A DNA stretch of 39,627 nucleotides, taken from NCBI GenBank assembly GCA_012512255.1, contig JAAZDJ010000032.1:1-39627 (forward strand), in the 5' to 3' direction. How positions within the stretch are numbered: the first letter of the stretch is position 1; the number at the start of each line of letters is the position of its first letter. The notes under the pieces are model-generated. The model ran no database searches, was not told the origin of the DNA, and worked only from the letters and a program-made list of their open reading frames with translations. Below, piece by piece: positions 23,952-35,813 of this stretch. Source of the stretch: Clostridiales bacterium (GTDB lineage Bacteria > Bacillota > Clostridia > Christensenellales > DUVY01). A program made the position numbers and the translations under genes.

Positions 23952-25214
23952 CTACTTTTTTGATTTTTTGTTCTGTCTTGACTTAATGATAAGCGCGGCG
24001 GCGATAATGACAAAAATTATAATAACCGCGATTGCCAAATACGCCAGCTGCGGCGATTCGTCGTATAACGACATAAAAAACTCTTGAATGTCCTTAAACA
24101 GCTTTTGCCAAAAATCGTCGCCCGATATTTTTTGGCCGTTGCAATATAAGCTGTAATTGCCCTGAAGATCGGGTTTTACCTCAAAGACTATGTCGCCTAT
24201 TTGGTCCGTCCTTAAAATGTTTTCCTCCAAAAAGCCCAAAGAAATAAACCTGTCCAAAGCTTCTTGATGCGGATGATTATATGAATTGCCCTCGCCGCAA
24301 CTTATCACGCAGCGGATTTCGTCCCTTTTGGATTGTTTTGTGACTAATTCTATTAATTCTTGCGAAGACGAGGTGCGGCTGCCGTGATGCCCTAGCTTAA
24401 AAACATCTATGTCAAAGTCATAGTCAAAATATTCTTCCACAAACTCTTGCTCGGCTTGGGCTTCGGCGTCTCCAGAGAAAAAAAACTCAAAGCCCTGAAA
24501 CTCCAAAATAAATATATTGCTGTAATCGTTGGCATCGGTATATGTATATCTCAAAGGCGAGTAAAAAATTACGCTGTAATCCTCGCCTATTATGTCTTGG
24601 CTTGCCTTGTTTTCGGGCCGGTCTTTTTTGCGCCCGTCGCTTACTATTACTTGGGGCGTGTAAGGCGTCCCGTCTATCAAAAAGGGCTCGTATGCCTGCG
24701 CGATAAAGTTTTTATATGCTAAGGTCTCTTTTTCATTTCCATTGACGCCCGCGCCTGTTTCGTTCCATAGCTTTAGGTTATCATCCAAAACAGTATGGTC
24801 TTGGGTAATCGCGATAACGGGGTCTATAAAGCCTTGCCTTGCGGCTATGACATTGGGCCTATAAACCGTCTTGGCGGGGTATTCTTGCAAGACCGCCGCC
24901 ATTCCGCCGCAATGGTCGGCGTCTTCATGGGTGACAATGGCAAAGTCAAAATACTCAAGCTCGGGAAAATTGGCGTCAATATAATCCAAAATTTTATCTT
25001 TGACCGCATTTTTGTTATCGCCCGCATCAACAATCATAGTTTTGCCGTCGGGCATGTTAATTATTGCGCAATCGCCCTGTCCCACATCCAAAAAATGCGC
25101 CTCTAAAACGCCGCTTTGGGCAAAAACAACTTTTTGGTCAAAGCTCGTAAAAACCCAAGTAAAAGATACTATAAAGGCGATAAAGATACTTAAAATATTC
25201 TTTGTTTTTCTCAT
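23952..25214 (-). CDS. Exported, membrane-anchored metallo-beta-lactamase protein of the ComEC C-terminal (HxDxDH) type
   Basis: N-terminal signal/anchor (ILSIFIAFIVSFTWVF), LEAHFLDVGQGDCAII, metal motif VTHEDADHCGG, later KLGHHGS, and a C-terminal TM helix plus a KSRQNKKSKK tail. Confidence 0.8.
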   Translation of the reverse strand: MRKTKNILSIFIAFIVSFTWVFTSFDQKVVFAQSGVLEAHFLDVGQGDCAIINMPDGKTMIVDAGDNKNAVKDKILDYIDANFPELEYFDFAIVTHEDADHCGGMAAVLQEYPAKTVYRPNVIAARQGFIDPVIAITQDHTVLDDNLKLWNETGAGVNGNEKETLAYKNFIAQAYEPFLIDGTPYTPQVIVSDGRKKDRPENKASQDIIGEDYSVIFYSPLRYTYTDANDYSNIFILEFQGFEFFFSGDAEAQAEQEFVEEYFDYDFDIDVFKLGHHGSRTSSSQELIELVTKQSKRDEIRCVISCGEGNSYNHPHQEALDRFISLGFLEENILRTDQIGDIVFEVKPDLQGNYSLYCNGQKISGDDFWQKLFKDIQEFFMSLYDESPQLAYLAIAVIIIFVIIAAALIIKSRQNKKSKK

Positions 25215-25345
25215 AATGCGCGCCCTTTTTTATATTATTTTAACATAGTAAATATATGATACAAAACTTATTTGATGATAAAAATAGCGTTTTCGTTTTT
25301 TTATGATTTTAAATAAAATCAAAGGCGCAGCCATATAATAAAACA

Positions 25346-26131
25346 ATGGCTCTGTTTTTCTTTAAAAGGCGCAAAAAAAATTCCTTGGGCTTGGCTTTGG
25401 GCGGGGGCGCGGCCAAGGGTTTTGCGCATATAGGCGTTATTAAGGCGTTTGAGGAACATAACATTAATTTTGACTATGTGGCGGGCACAAGCGCGGGCGC
25501 TATCGTGGGCGCGCTGTTTTGCGCGGGCGCGAACAGCCAAGACCTTGTCAATATTGCGCATGAGATAGACCCGCGCGCGATAAGGCGGGTTTTGTCCTTG
25601 CCGCCTATAGATACCTCTCGCCTTGAGAATATTTTGAAAAAATATTTGGGCGATATAACTTTTCGGGATTTAAAAACGCCTTTTATAGCCGTCGCCGTGG
25701 ATTTGAAAGAGGGCGCGCAAGTCTTGCTGCAAAGCGGCCAAGTGGCAAAGGCGGTAAGCGCAAGCTGCGCCATACCCTTTTTTTTCAAGCCGGTAATCAT
25801 AGATAATATGCATTTGGTGGACGGGGGGTTGCTCAATACCATACCCAGCGATGTTGCCAAAGTAATGGGCGCGGACAAAGTGGTAGCGGTGGACGTAAAC
25901 AGCGCCCGCGGTCAAGGCACGGACAACCTGAGGATTTTGGATGTCATAGGCGCGACTATCAGGATAATGGGCTCGGTCAACGCGGTGATAGGCAAAAGGT
26001 TTGCCGATGTGTTGATAGAGCCCGACCTAAAAAAATTTAAGGCCACAAGCAAAGAAGGCTATGCGGAGATGATAGAAATGGGGTATAAAGCGGCGAAAAA
26101 ATCAATTAATGATATTTTAAAATTTTTGTAA
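25346..26131 (+). CDS. Patatin-like phospholipase (YlbK/RssA type)
   Basis: Oxyanion GLALGGGAAKGFAHIGV, nucleophile elbow GTSAGAIVG, and catalytic Asp context VDGGLLN. No SD. TATAAT (25334-25339) ends 6 nt before the ATG. Confidence 0.9.
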   Translation: MALFFFKRRKKNSLGLALGGGAAKGFAHIGVIKAFEEHNINFDYVAGTSAGAIVGALFCAGANSQDLVNIAHEIDPRAIRRVLSLPPIDTSRLENILKKYLGDITFRDLKTPFIAVAVDLKEGAQVLLQSGQVAKAVSASCAIPFFFKPVIIDNMHLVDGGLLNTIPSDVAKVMGADKVVAVDVNSARGQGTDNLRILDVIGATIRIMGSVNAVIGKRFADVLIEPDLKKFKATSKEGYAEMIEMGYKAAKKSINDILKFL

Positions 26132-26210
26132 AGATTTATTTATTTTTACTCTTTACTTATAATTTAAAATAGGATAAACTTTATACATATTGATAAGGAG
26201 AGTTATTGAT

Positions 26211-27659
26211 ATGTATAACAGCCAAAATCCTGTTCTTAAACTAAACATAGGCAGAACCATTCTTATAGGCTTGGCTTTTATGTCCATTTGCTTGTTTTGG
26301 GAAATCTATGACGCGGTTATGCCTTTATTTTTGAGGAATTTTCCCGTTTTTGCCCAAAACAAAACGCTAGTCGGCATTATCATGGCCTTGGACAATGTGC
26401 TGGCTTTGGTCTTGCTTCCCTATATGGGCAAGCTGTCCGACGACTTCCCCAAGATTTTCAAAAACCATCCAAAATTATTAAAGCTGGGCAAACGCATGCC
26501 CTTTATTATTTGCGGAACGGTTTTGGCGGCGATAGCGCTTATGCTTGTGACTTTGGGGCATGAAACCCAAAACCTTTTGTTGATGCTGACAGCCACCGCA
26601 TTTTTGTTGGTGTTTATGTCGCTTTACCGCTCGCCCGCCGTGGCTTTTATGCCCGATGTGACGCCCAAACCGCTAAGAAGCAAAGCCAACGCCATAATTA
26701 ATATTATGGGCGTGGTAGGCGGAGTTTTGAGCATGGGCTTTACCTGGATTTTCTTGAAAACGCGGACCGAGACCATAAACGGCGAAGACGTTAAGTTTGT
26801 GGAATTTGGCGCCCAAAACTGGGGGCTTATGCTTACGGTAATAGGCGTTATGCTGCTGGCTTTGGTTATAATGATTTTAACCATACGCGAAAACCAATTT
26901 GTGGAAGAGAAGAAAAAATTATTGGCCCAAGCCGGCCTTGTGGAAGACGAGCAAGATTTGCCCGAAGAGCAGCAAAAATTAATAGAGCAAAAAGAAGGCG
27001 GCAGATTCAAAAAACTTGGCTTGACAAAAGCCCAGCTTATAAGCCTTATCTTGCTGTTGAGCGCGGCGTTTTTGTGGTTTATGGCTTATAACGGGGCCAA
27101 AACATTTTATTCCACTTTTTATTACGAGTTTCTAAACAAAGAAGATTTTCAACTGCCTTTGATTATCGGGCAAGCCGCGGGCTTTTTGGCTTTTGTGCCC
27201 GCCGGGCTTTTGGGCAGCAAAATCGGCAGAAAAAACACCGTCTTGACGGGCATTGCTATTTGTATTTTTGGTTTGTTGATAGCCTGCGTAATGGTGTTTA
27301 CCGTGCCCAGAACCAATGAAAACCTAGTCAATATGCTTATGGTTTTGGTCTTTATCTTTGTGGGCACGGGCTGGGCGACAATCAACGTGCACTCTTATGT
27401 AATGAGCGTGGAAATGGCTAGCAAGCATAACACGGGCGCGTTTACCGGGCTTTATTATAGCTTCACCATGACCGCCCAAATACTTACCCCTATAATAGTG
27501 GGCGCTATTACGGATATAAGCAACAGCTTTAAATACATGTTCCCGTATTCAGCGGGATTGATGATGTTAGCGTTTATCGTGATGCTGTTTGTGCGCCACG
27601 GCAATTCCAAGCCGCTAAGGCAAAAGGCCATAGATTTGCTAGGCCAAGAGGATAATTAA
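26211..27659 (+). CDS. MFS-type transporter with a long charged central loop
   Basis: About 12 predicted hydrophobic segments and a central loop EEKKKLLAQAGLVEDEQDLPEEQQKLIEQKEGG. AAGGAG (26195-26200) precedes ATG 26211, so the track's TTG 26190 is unlikely. Confidence 0.75.
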   Translation: MYNSQNPVLKLNIGRTILIGLAFMSICLFWEIYDAVMPLFLRNFPVFAQNKTLVGIIMALDNVLALVLLPYMGKLSDDFPKIFKNHPKLLKLGKRMPFIICGTVLAAIALMLVTLGHETQNLLLMLTATAFLLVFMSLYRSPAVAFMPDVTPKPLRSKANAIINIMGVVGGVLSMGFTWIFLKTRTETINGEDVKFVEFGAQNWGLMLTVIGVMLLALVIMILTIRENQFVEEKKKLLAQAGLVEDEQDLPEEQQKLIEQKEGGRFKKLGLTKAQLISLILLLSAAFLWFMAYNGAKTFYSTFYYEFLNKEDFQLPLIIGQAAGFLAFVPAGLLGSKIGRKNTVLTGIAICIFGLLIACVMVFTVPRTNENLVNMLMVLVFIFVGTGWATINVHSYVMSVEMASKHNTGAFTGLYYSFTMTAQILTPIIVGAITDISNSFKYMFPYSAGLMMLAFIVMLFVRHGNSKPLRQKAIDLLGQEDN

Positions 27660-27676
27660 TAATTAGTTAAGTGTTT

Positions 27677-27720
27677 AAAACCGCGCCTCAAAAGGCTAAA
27701 ACCTTGGGGCGCGTTTTTTT
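27677..27720. terminator. Bidirectional intrinsic terminator after the MFS gene
   Basis: cgcgcctcaa (27682-27691) pairs with ttggggcgcg (27704-27713), with one G-U pair. AAAA lies upstream and TTTTTTT (27714-27720) downstream. Confidence 0.75.
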
Positions 27721-28060
27721 ATGCCCAAAATTTATACATCCTTAAGCGCCAAAAAGTATTTTTCTTTGGCGTCAATATACCTTAAAATCCTGTCGTTGAC
27801 CTCGTCGGGAGCGCTATGGATAAGGCTTTTGTGCGCCTGGTCCATTTCTTTTTTTAAGTAATATATATCGTTTTGCAATATAAAAGACCGCCTTAATATT
27901 TTTATATATTATAAATTAAGTAATTTTTGCGCTTTTTATTCAACAATTGATTTTTGGGCGATTTAAGGCGCGAAATGGCGGATAATGTCTTTGTCGGGAC
28001 AAAACTTTTCGCGCCAAAAAACCTTGTTTAAAGCCGTATTTTACAATATTGTGTTTTTAG

Positions 28061-30079
<2,019 letters not shown>

Positions 30080-30108
30080 TTTTAGGAAAAGGCTAGGTAG
30101 ATAATTAA

Positions 30109-32613
30109 ATGGCTAAGAAAAGACAAGACAATTCGTTGAACAAAGAAGAGTTTATTGAAACGCTAAAGAAAAGCAAAGTCAAAAAAGTTCAAATCAACGA
30201 CGAACTAAAAAAATCATTTATAGCTTACGCGATGGCGGTCAATGTAAGCCGCGCCATCCCCGATGTAAGGGACGGGCTAAAGCCTGTCCAGCGCAGGATT
30301 TTGTATTCAATGCACGAACTGGGCTTGGACAGCTCCAAACCCCACCGCAAATGCGCGCGCATCGTGGGCGATGTCTTGGGCAAATACCACCCCCACGGCG
30401 ACAGCGCCGTATACTTGGCGCTTGTGCGAATGGCGCAAGACTTTAGCATGCGCGTCCCGCTTGTGGACGGGCACGGCAACTTCGGCTCAATTGACGGCGA
30501 TCCGCCCGCGGCTCAAAGATACACCGAAGCGAGATTGTCCAAAATAAGCGGCGAGCTTTTAAAAGACATAGACAAAGAAACCGTGGATTTTTATCCTAAC
30601 TTTGACGAGACGCTGCAGCAGCCCGTCGTTTTGCCGTCTAAGTTCCCCAACCTTTTGGTCAACGGCTCGGACGGCATCGCCGTGGGCATGGCGACCAATA
30701 TCCCGCCCCATAACCTAAACGAAGTTATTGACGGCGTGATTGCCCTAATTGACAATCCCGATATTACTATTGACGAGCTTATCCAGATTATCCCCGGCCC
30801 CGATTATCCCACGGGCGGCGTGATTATGGGCAGGGCCAATGTTCGCCACGCGTATAAGACAGGGCGCGGCGGCATCACGGTAAGGGCAAAATGCGAGATT
30901 GAAGAATACGCCCGCGCGCGGGACGGCGCGCCTACCAAAACCCGAATAATAGTGACGCAGTTGCCGCACCAGGTCAACAAGTCCAGGCTAATAGAACAAA
31001 TAGCCGATCTTGTAAAATCCAAGCGCATAGAAGGCATATCGGATATACGGGACGAGTCCGACAGGCAAGGCATGCGCATTGTCATAGAGGTAAGGCGGGA
31101 CGCCCAAGCGTCTATTGTTTTGAACCAGCTATACAAGCATACCAACTTGCAGGTTTCGGGCGGCATAACCTTGCTGGCGCTGGTAGGCGGCCAGCCTAAA
31201 ATACTAAACCTAAAAGAAGCGCTTTATTATTATTTGGAACACCAAAGGGAAGTCGTTACAAGGCGCACCAGGTTTGACCTTCAAAAAGCCGAAGAAAGAT
31301 ACCATATAGTAGAGGGCTTGGTTATAGCGCTTGCCAATATTGACGAGGTTATCAAGATCATAAAAGGCAGCCAAGATAAGTTTGAGGCGGCCGATCAATT
31401 GATGAAGCGGTTTGTTTTGACCGACAAGCAGGCAAACGCTATCTTGGAGATGAGGTTGCAAAGATTGACCTCGCTGGAAGTTGAAAAACTTAACGAGGAG
31501 TTGGTAAGCCTGACCAATCTCATAAACGAGTTAAAGAGCATCCTCAGTTCAAAAGAAAAAATAGAAAGCATAATAAAAACCGAGCTGACCCAGATAAAGC
31601 AAGCTTACGGCGAGCCGCGGCGGACCGAGATCTCGCTTGACTATGGCGAGATTGATATAGCCGATATGATTGAAAAAGAAGACGTTGTCATATCAATGAC
31701 CCATTTCGGCTATATAAAACGCCTGCCCGCCGACGAATACAAGCCCCAGCGCCGCGGCGGCAAGGGCGTTACGGCGCACAGGCCCAAAGAGGAAGACTTT
31801 GTGGAGAATATGTTTGTCACAAGCACGCATTCCGATTTGTTGTTCTTTAGCAACAAGGGCAAAGTTTACAGCCTAAAGGCTTACGAAGTGCCCGAAGCGC
31901 AAAGAATGTCAAGGGGAAGGGCCATAGTCAATTTGCTTGAGCTGGAAAACGACGAAAAGATTACGGCTTGCATACCTTTGGACGAAGACGCGACCAAAGG
32001 CAATCTTATAATGGCTACCAAAAACGGCCTTATCAAAAAGACCGCTTTGGAGGAGTTTGCCAAAATCAGAAGGGACGGCAAGATAGCCATAAAGCTGGTT
32101 GACGACGACGAGTTAATAAGCGTCCAGCTTACCAACGGCAAAGACCAAATTTTGGTCGCAAGCGCCCAAGGCAAATGCATAAGGTTTAGCGAAAAAGAAG
32201 TCAGGCTTATAGGCAGAGACACCCAAGGCGTCAAGAGCATTGATCTGGATAAGGGCGATTATGTCGTGGATATGACGGTTATCAAGCCCGGCTATGAGAT
32301 TTTGACGGTATCCCAATACGGATACGGCAAGCGCGCTGATATAGAAGAATACAGGCTGCAATCGCGCGGCGGCAAAGGCATTAAAGCGGGCGTGTTTAAC
32401 GAAAAGACCGGAAAGCTGGTCAACCTAAAACAAGTCTCGCCCGACGACGATATAATGCTTATCTCCAGCAACGGCATAATGATACGCATGCCCTGCCAAG
32501 ACATATCCAAGATAAGCCGCGATACCCAAGGCGTAAGGCTTATGAAAATGGACAATGGCGGCGAAGTCGTATGCGTGGCGGTCGCAAGCGCGGACGAAGA
32601 GCTTGAGGGGTAA
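30109..32613 (+). CDS. gyrA: DNA gyrase subunit A
   Basis: [12 protein letters not shown], the catalytic [10 protein letters not shown], and the GyrA-box QRRGGKG in the C-terminal beta-pinwheel. The GyrA box indicates gyrase rather than topoisomerase IV. Confidence 0.95.
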   Translation: MAKKRQDNSLNKEEFIETLKKSKVKKVQINDELKKSFIAYAMAVNVSRAIPDVRDGLKPVQRRILYSMHELGLDSSKPHRKCARIVGDVLGKYHPHGDSAVYLALVRMAQDFSMRVPLVDGHGNFGSIDGDPPAAQRYTEARLSKISGELLKDIDKETVDFYPNFDETLQQPVVLPSKFPNLLVNGSDGIAVGMATNIPPHNLNEVIDGVIALIDNPDITIDELIQIIPGPDYPTGGVIMGRANVRHAYKTGRGGITVRAKCEIEEYARARDGAPTKTRIIVTQLPHQVNKSRLIEQIADLVKSKRIEGISDIRDESDRQGMRIVIEVRRDAQASIVLNQLYKHTNLQVSGGITLLALVGGQPKILNLKEALYYYLEHQREVVTRRTRFDLQKAEERYHIVEGLVIALANIDEVIKIIKGSQDKFEAADQLMKRFVLTDKQANAILEMRLQRLTSLEVEKLNEELVSLTNLINELKSILSSKEKIESIIKTELTQIKQAYGEPRRTEISLDYGEIDIADMIEKEDVVISMTHFGYIKRLPADEYKPQRRGGKGVTAHRPKEEDFVENMFVTSTHSDLLFFSNKGKVYSLKAYEVPEAQRMSRGRAIVNLLELENDEKITACIPLDEDATKGNLIMATKNGLIKKTALEEFAKIRRDGKIAIKLVDDDELISVQLTNGKDQILVASAQGKCIRFSEKEVRLIGRDTQGVKSIDLDKGDYVVDMTVIKPGYEILTVSQYGYGKRADIEEYRLQSRGGKGIKAGVFNEKTGKLVNLKQVSPDDDIMLISSNGIMIRMPCQDISKISRDTQGVRLMKMDNGGEVVCVAVASADEELEG

Positions 32614-32654
32614 TTTAAATCTTACAGGGCTGTTTTTAGGCGGCCCTTTTACAT

Positions 32655-32697
32655 AAAAAGCAAAAACGAGCCTATAGGCTCGTTTTTGCTTTTTTTA
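32655..32697. terminator. Strong bidirectional intrinsic terminator between gyrA and the convergent yjzC-like gene
   Basis: A 17-bp perfect stem, aaaagcaaaaacgagcc (32656-32672) pairing with ggctcgtttttgctttt (32677-32693), with loop tata and flanking A and T runs. Confidence 0.9.
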
Positions 32698-32717
32698 ATT
32701 TTCTTCCTTAACAAAGA

Positions 32718-32876
32718 CTATTTTGAATAATACTGTCCTTCTTTGTCAGTCGGGGGAAATCTGTTTCCTTTTTCCATGGTAACATACGCGCCTGTGCCCT
32801 GGCCGTTGGTATCCATCAATTGATATTCGCCGGACTCGGGAGCGTTTTCACCAGGTTTCCATTTTTGATTGGGCAT
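32718..32876 (-). CDS. YjzC-like small protein (52 aa), not in the supplied ORF track
   Basis: GGAGG (32887-32883) lies 6 nt before ATG 32876. Translation: MPNQKWKPGENAPESGEYQLMDTNGQGTGAYVTMEKGNRFPPTDKEGQYYSK, stop TAG at 32720-32718. The pattern KPGxxAPxxGxY...G..FP.T resembles Bacillus YjzC (recalled). Confidence 0.6.
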   Translation of the reverse strand: MPNQKWKPGENAPESGEYQLMDTNGQGTGAYVTMEKGNRFPPTDKEGQYYSK

Positions 32877-33015
32877 ATTGGTCCTCCTAAGTTATTATAA
32901 ATTTGTAAGGCAGTCGCCTTTATTTCAATACTTAGTATTTTCATTTATTCAAAATTTATTTATTTTTTGATAAAAAATTTTTTTGTTTTGCCCTTTTGCC
33001 GGCAAGGCCCGTCAA

Positions 33016-33044
33016 TTGACATTATTTGCTTTAAAAGATATAAT
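33016..33044 (+). promoter_or_regulatory. Consensus sigma-A promoter for argS: TTGACA, 17 nt, TATAAT
   Basis: TTGACA at 33016-33021 and TATAAT at 33039-33044. The leader is only about 45 nt, too short for a T-box. Confidence 0.7.
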
Positions 33045-33090
33045 ATTTTCATTTAATATTCCCAAAAAAATTCGGCAAGGACTATTTTAG

Positions 33091-34824
33091 ATGGATTATA
33101 AACAATTAATTTCCCAACTCGTGTATGACAATCTTGAGGCTTTGGATTTGGGCCAAGAACAAATAAAAGAATACCTAAACACGCCGCCCCAGCCTGATTT
33201 GGGCGACTTCGCGTTGCCTTGTTTTAAATTGGCCAAGGCGTTAAAAAACTCGCCCATTAATATCGCCAATGATTTGGCCCAAAAGATTAATCAAAAACCT
33301 TTGCCCGAGGGGCTGGAAAAGGCAATCGCCGTCAACGGCTATCTTAACTTTTACCTTGACCGCCCAAAATTTATTGAAAATGTCGTTAACAAATATAAAA
33401 GCGGCGTTCCCAAAATAGACTTGGGGCAAGGCAGGGTTATCTGTATTGATTACTCGTCCATTAATATCGCCAAACACTTCCATATGGGCCACCTTTCTAC
33501 CACGGCCATAGGCGGGTCGTTGTATAGGATTTTTGATTATTTGGGATACAAGCCCGTAGGCATCAACCATCTTGGCGACTACGGCACGCAGTTTGGCAAG
33601 CTGATTTGCGCCTATAAAATGTGGAGCGGCCCGCAAAAGCTTGAGCAAAACGGGCTAAACGAGCTGCACGAGCTTTATGTGCGCTATCACATGGAGGCAA
33701 AAACCCGCCCCGAGCTGGACGACATAGCGCGGGAGTGGTCCAAAAAGATAGAACAAAAGGACCCCGAGGCCCTAGACATATACCAAAAGTTCAAAGAAAT
33801 TACCTTGGAAAATATCGGCAAGATTTATGAGAGATTGGGCGTTATTTTTGATTCTTATTTGGGTGAGAGCTTTTTTGCCGACAAGGTCGCGCCCGTCGTC
33901 CAAAAACTAAAGGAAAAAAACTTAATTGAAACAAGCGACGGGGCAAAAGTCGTCAATTTGGAAAAATACGACATGCCGCCGTGCTTGATATTAAGGAGCG
34001 ACGGGACAAGCCTTTACGCAACTCGCGACCTGGCCGCCGCCATATACAGAAAACAAACTTATGATTTTTATAAATGTCTTTATGTGGTGGCCTACCAGCA
34101 AAATTTGCACTTTAGGCAGTTTTTTAAGGTTTTGGAGCTTATGGGATACGAATGGGCCAAGGACTTGGTGCATGTGTCATACGGCATGGTAAGCATGGAA
34201 GACGGGGCGATGTCCACAAGAGGCGGCAAGCTGGTAAAGCTTATGGATGTTTTGGATAAGGCCGTGCAAAAAATCAAGGACATAATAAAAGAAAAAAACC
34301 CAAACGCCGAGGACATAGACCAAACGGCCGAAGCCGTGGGCGTGGGCGCCGTGGTTTTTTCAAGCCTTTGCAATTCCAAGATAAAGGACATTGTTTTCTC
34401 TTGGGACAGGGCGCTGAACTTTGAGGGCGAATCCGCGCCGTATCTGCAATACACGCACGCTCGCTGCTGCAGCGTGCTGAAAAAATCGGGCGCGGACTAT
34501 AATAATTACGCTTTGCCCAAAGACCTTCAGGACATCGCGGCCGACTTTGGCGCCAATATGGACGACAACACTTGGACGCTTATAAAAAACATAGACTCGT
34601 TTTTTGACAAAATTGTCTTGGCGGCGCAAGAATACGAGCCGTCTATAATAGCCAATGCAATTATAGACATAGCCCAAGGCTATAACAAATTTTATTTTGA
34701 CTATAAAATTCTTGACGACAATCCCAAAATCCAAAAGGCGCGGCTGTTGATTACCTTGGCGGTCAAAAATTGTCTTAAGACGGGCATGGAATTGCTTTTG
34801 GTAAAACCCATAGAACAAATGTAG
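33091..34824 (+). CDS. argS: Arginyl-tRNA synthetase
   Basis: 577 aa with a class I HIGH-type motif (AKHFHMGHL), an anticodon-binding C-terminal domain, and the typical ending ...LLLVKPIEQM. Confidence 0.93.
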   Translation: MDYKQLISQLVYDNLEALDLGQEQIKEYLNTPPQPDLGDFALPCFKLAKALKNSPINIANDLAQKINQKPLPEGLEKAIAVNGYLNFYLDRPKFIENVVNKYKSGVPKIDLGQGRVICIDYSSINIAKHFHMGHLSTTAIGGSLYRIFDYLGYKPVGINHLGDYGTQFGKLICAYKMWSGPQKLEQNGLNELHELYVRYHMEAKTRPELDDIAREWSKKIEQKDPEALDIYQKFKEITLENIGKIYERLGVIFDSYLGESFFADKVAPVVQKLKEKNLIETSDGAKVVNLEKYDMPPCLILRSDGTSLYATRDLAAAIYRKQTYDFYKCLYVVAYQQNLHFRQFFKVLELMGYEWAKDLVHVSYGMVSMEDGAMSTRGGKLVKLMDVLDKAVQKIKDIIKEKNPNAEDIDQTAEAVGVGAVVFSSLCNSKIKDIVFSWDRALNFEGESAPYLQYTHARCCSVLKKSGADYNNYALPKDLQDIAADFGANMDDNTWTLIKNIDSFFDKIVLAAQEYEPSIIANAIIDIAQGYNKFYFDYKILDDNPKIQKARLLITLAVKNCLKTGMELLLVKPIEQM

Positions 34825-34832
34825 AAAAAATT

Positions 34833-35474
34833 ATGGAAATAAAAAAACTAGATATTGGCTATTTTGACGAGGCGCTTGCGTTTTACCGCCAGCAAATTGA
34901 CTGTTTGGAACGCAAAGAGTTTTTTTATCCCTATCAAGACGACGACATTAAAAACATCTTAAAAGGCGGGGGCATAATGGCCGCCGTTTTGGACAGCCAA
35001 GAAATAATAGGCATAAGCGCGGTTGACTTTGACAAAAAATACGGGCAAATCCTGAAAAAAATTATAAATACTTATTACCCGCATGTTATTAACCATAAAG
35101 TTTGCGAATATTCGGGCGTAATGACGCGCAAAGGCTATAGAAACCAAGGCGTAGCGAGCGCGCTATACGATTATTTGCTAAACAGCATAAAAGACAAAAA
35201 AAACATCTGTCTTTGCGCTGTCGTGCAGCTGGAAAACCAAGCAAGCCTTAATTTCTTCTTTAAAAGAAACTTCAGGCTGGCAAGCGTCAAGCGAAGTTTT
35301 GATATTGATTTTGGGTATTTGATAAAGTTTAACGACCGCGAAATTATAATTGACCAAACCGACCAAAAAATTATACATTGTCTGGACTATGACCGATACG
35401 AAAAGCTATTAAGCTTAGGTTATGTAGGCGCGGAGTTTTTTGATAAAAAAATCAAATTATGCAAAATTATATAA
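34833..35474 (+). CDS. GNAT-family N-acetyltransferase
   Basis: Acetyl-CoA motif A context VMTRKGYRNQGVASALYDYLL, followed by NQASLNFFFKRNF. Confidence 0.75.
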   Translation: MEIKKLDIGYFDEALAFYRQQIDCLERKEFFYPYQDDDIKNILKGGGIMAAVLDSQEIIGISAVDFDKKYGQILKKIINTYYPHVINHKVCEYSGVMTRKGYRNQGVASALYDYLLNSIKDKKNICLCAVVQLENQASLNFFFKRNFRLASVKRSFDIDFGYLIKFNDREIIIDQTDQKIIHCLDYDRYEKLLSLGYVGAEFFDKKIKLCKII

Positions 35475-35539
35475 TTTTTTGGAAATATTTTTTATTTTTT
35501 TGATATTCTAGATTTAGGACAAGCCAAGTATAATATAAT

Positions 35540-35800
35540 ATGTTTGTCTTTGTAATAGAAATAATAACTTCTATTATTCTAGGCTTGACTATTATTGTTT
35601 TTTCGTGCTGGCTTTTAAAAATCAAAAATAAGGGCCTATTCGGCGTTCTTATAAACGCCTTAATGGGCTGCTTGTTCCTTTTTGCCTTTAATCTTTTTGG
35701 GGTTATGGCTATCCCTATCAATCCGCTAAACGCTTTTATTTGCGCCGTTTTTGGCATATTTGGCGTAGTTTTGATATATCTTATAATAACATTTTTATAA
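35540..35800 (+). CDS. bofA: Pro-sigma-K processing inhibitor BofA family
   Basis: 86 aa with two TM helices. ...LINALMGCLFLFAFNLFGVMAIPINPLNAFICAVFGIFGVVLIYLI matches the BofA pattern. Confidence 0.8.
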   Translation: MFVFVIEIITSIILGLTIIVFSCWLLKIKNKGLFGVLINALMGCLFLFAFNLFGVMAIPINPLNAFICAVFGIFGVVLIYLIITFL

Positions 35801-35813
35801 ATAGGGGATATGT

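Noticed and set aside
21390-25214. A minus-strand block that might be an inserted or mobile island.
   Set aside because: It contains conserved core sporulation and division genes (yabP, yabQ, divIC). No integrase, transposase, flanking direct repeats or tRNA are present, and no compositional shift is evident by eye.
25346-26131. Patatin-like phospholipase as a possible CBASS/defence effector.
   Set aside because: There are no cyclase, E1/E2, sensor or other defence genes nearby. Its size and motifs fit the housekeeping YlbK/RssA type, and it is flanked by an MFS transporter and the MBL gene.
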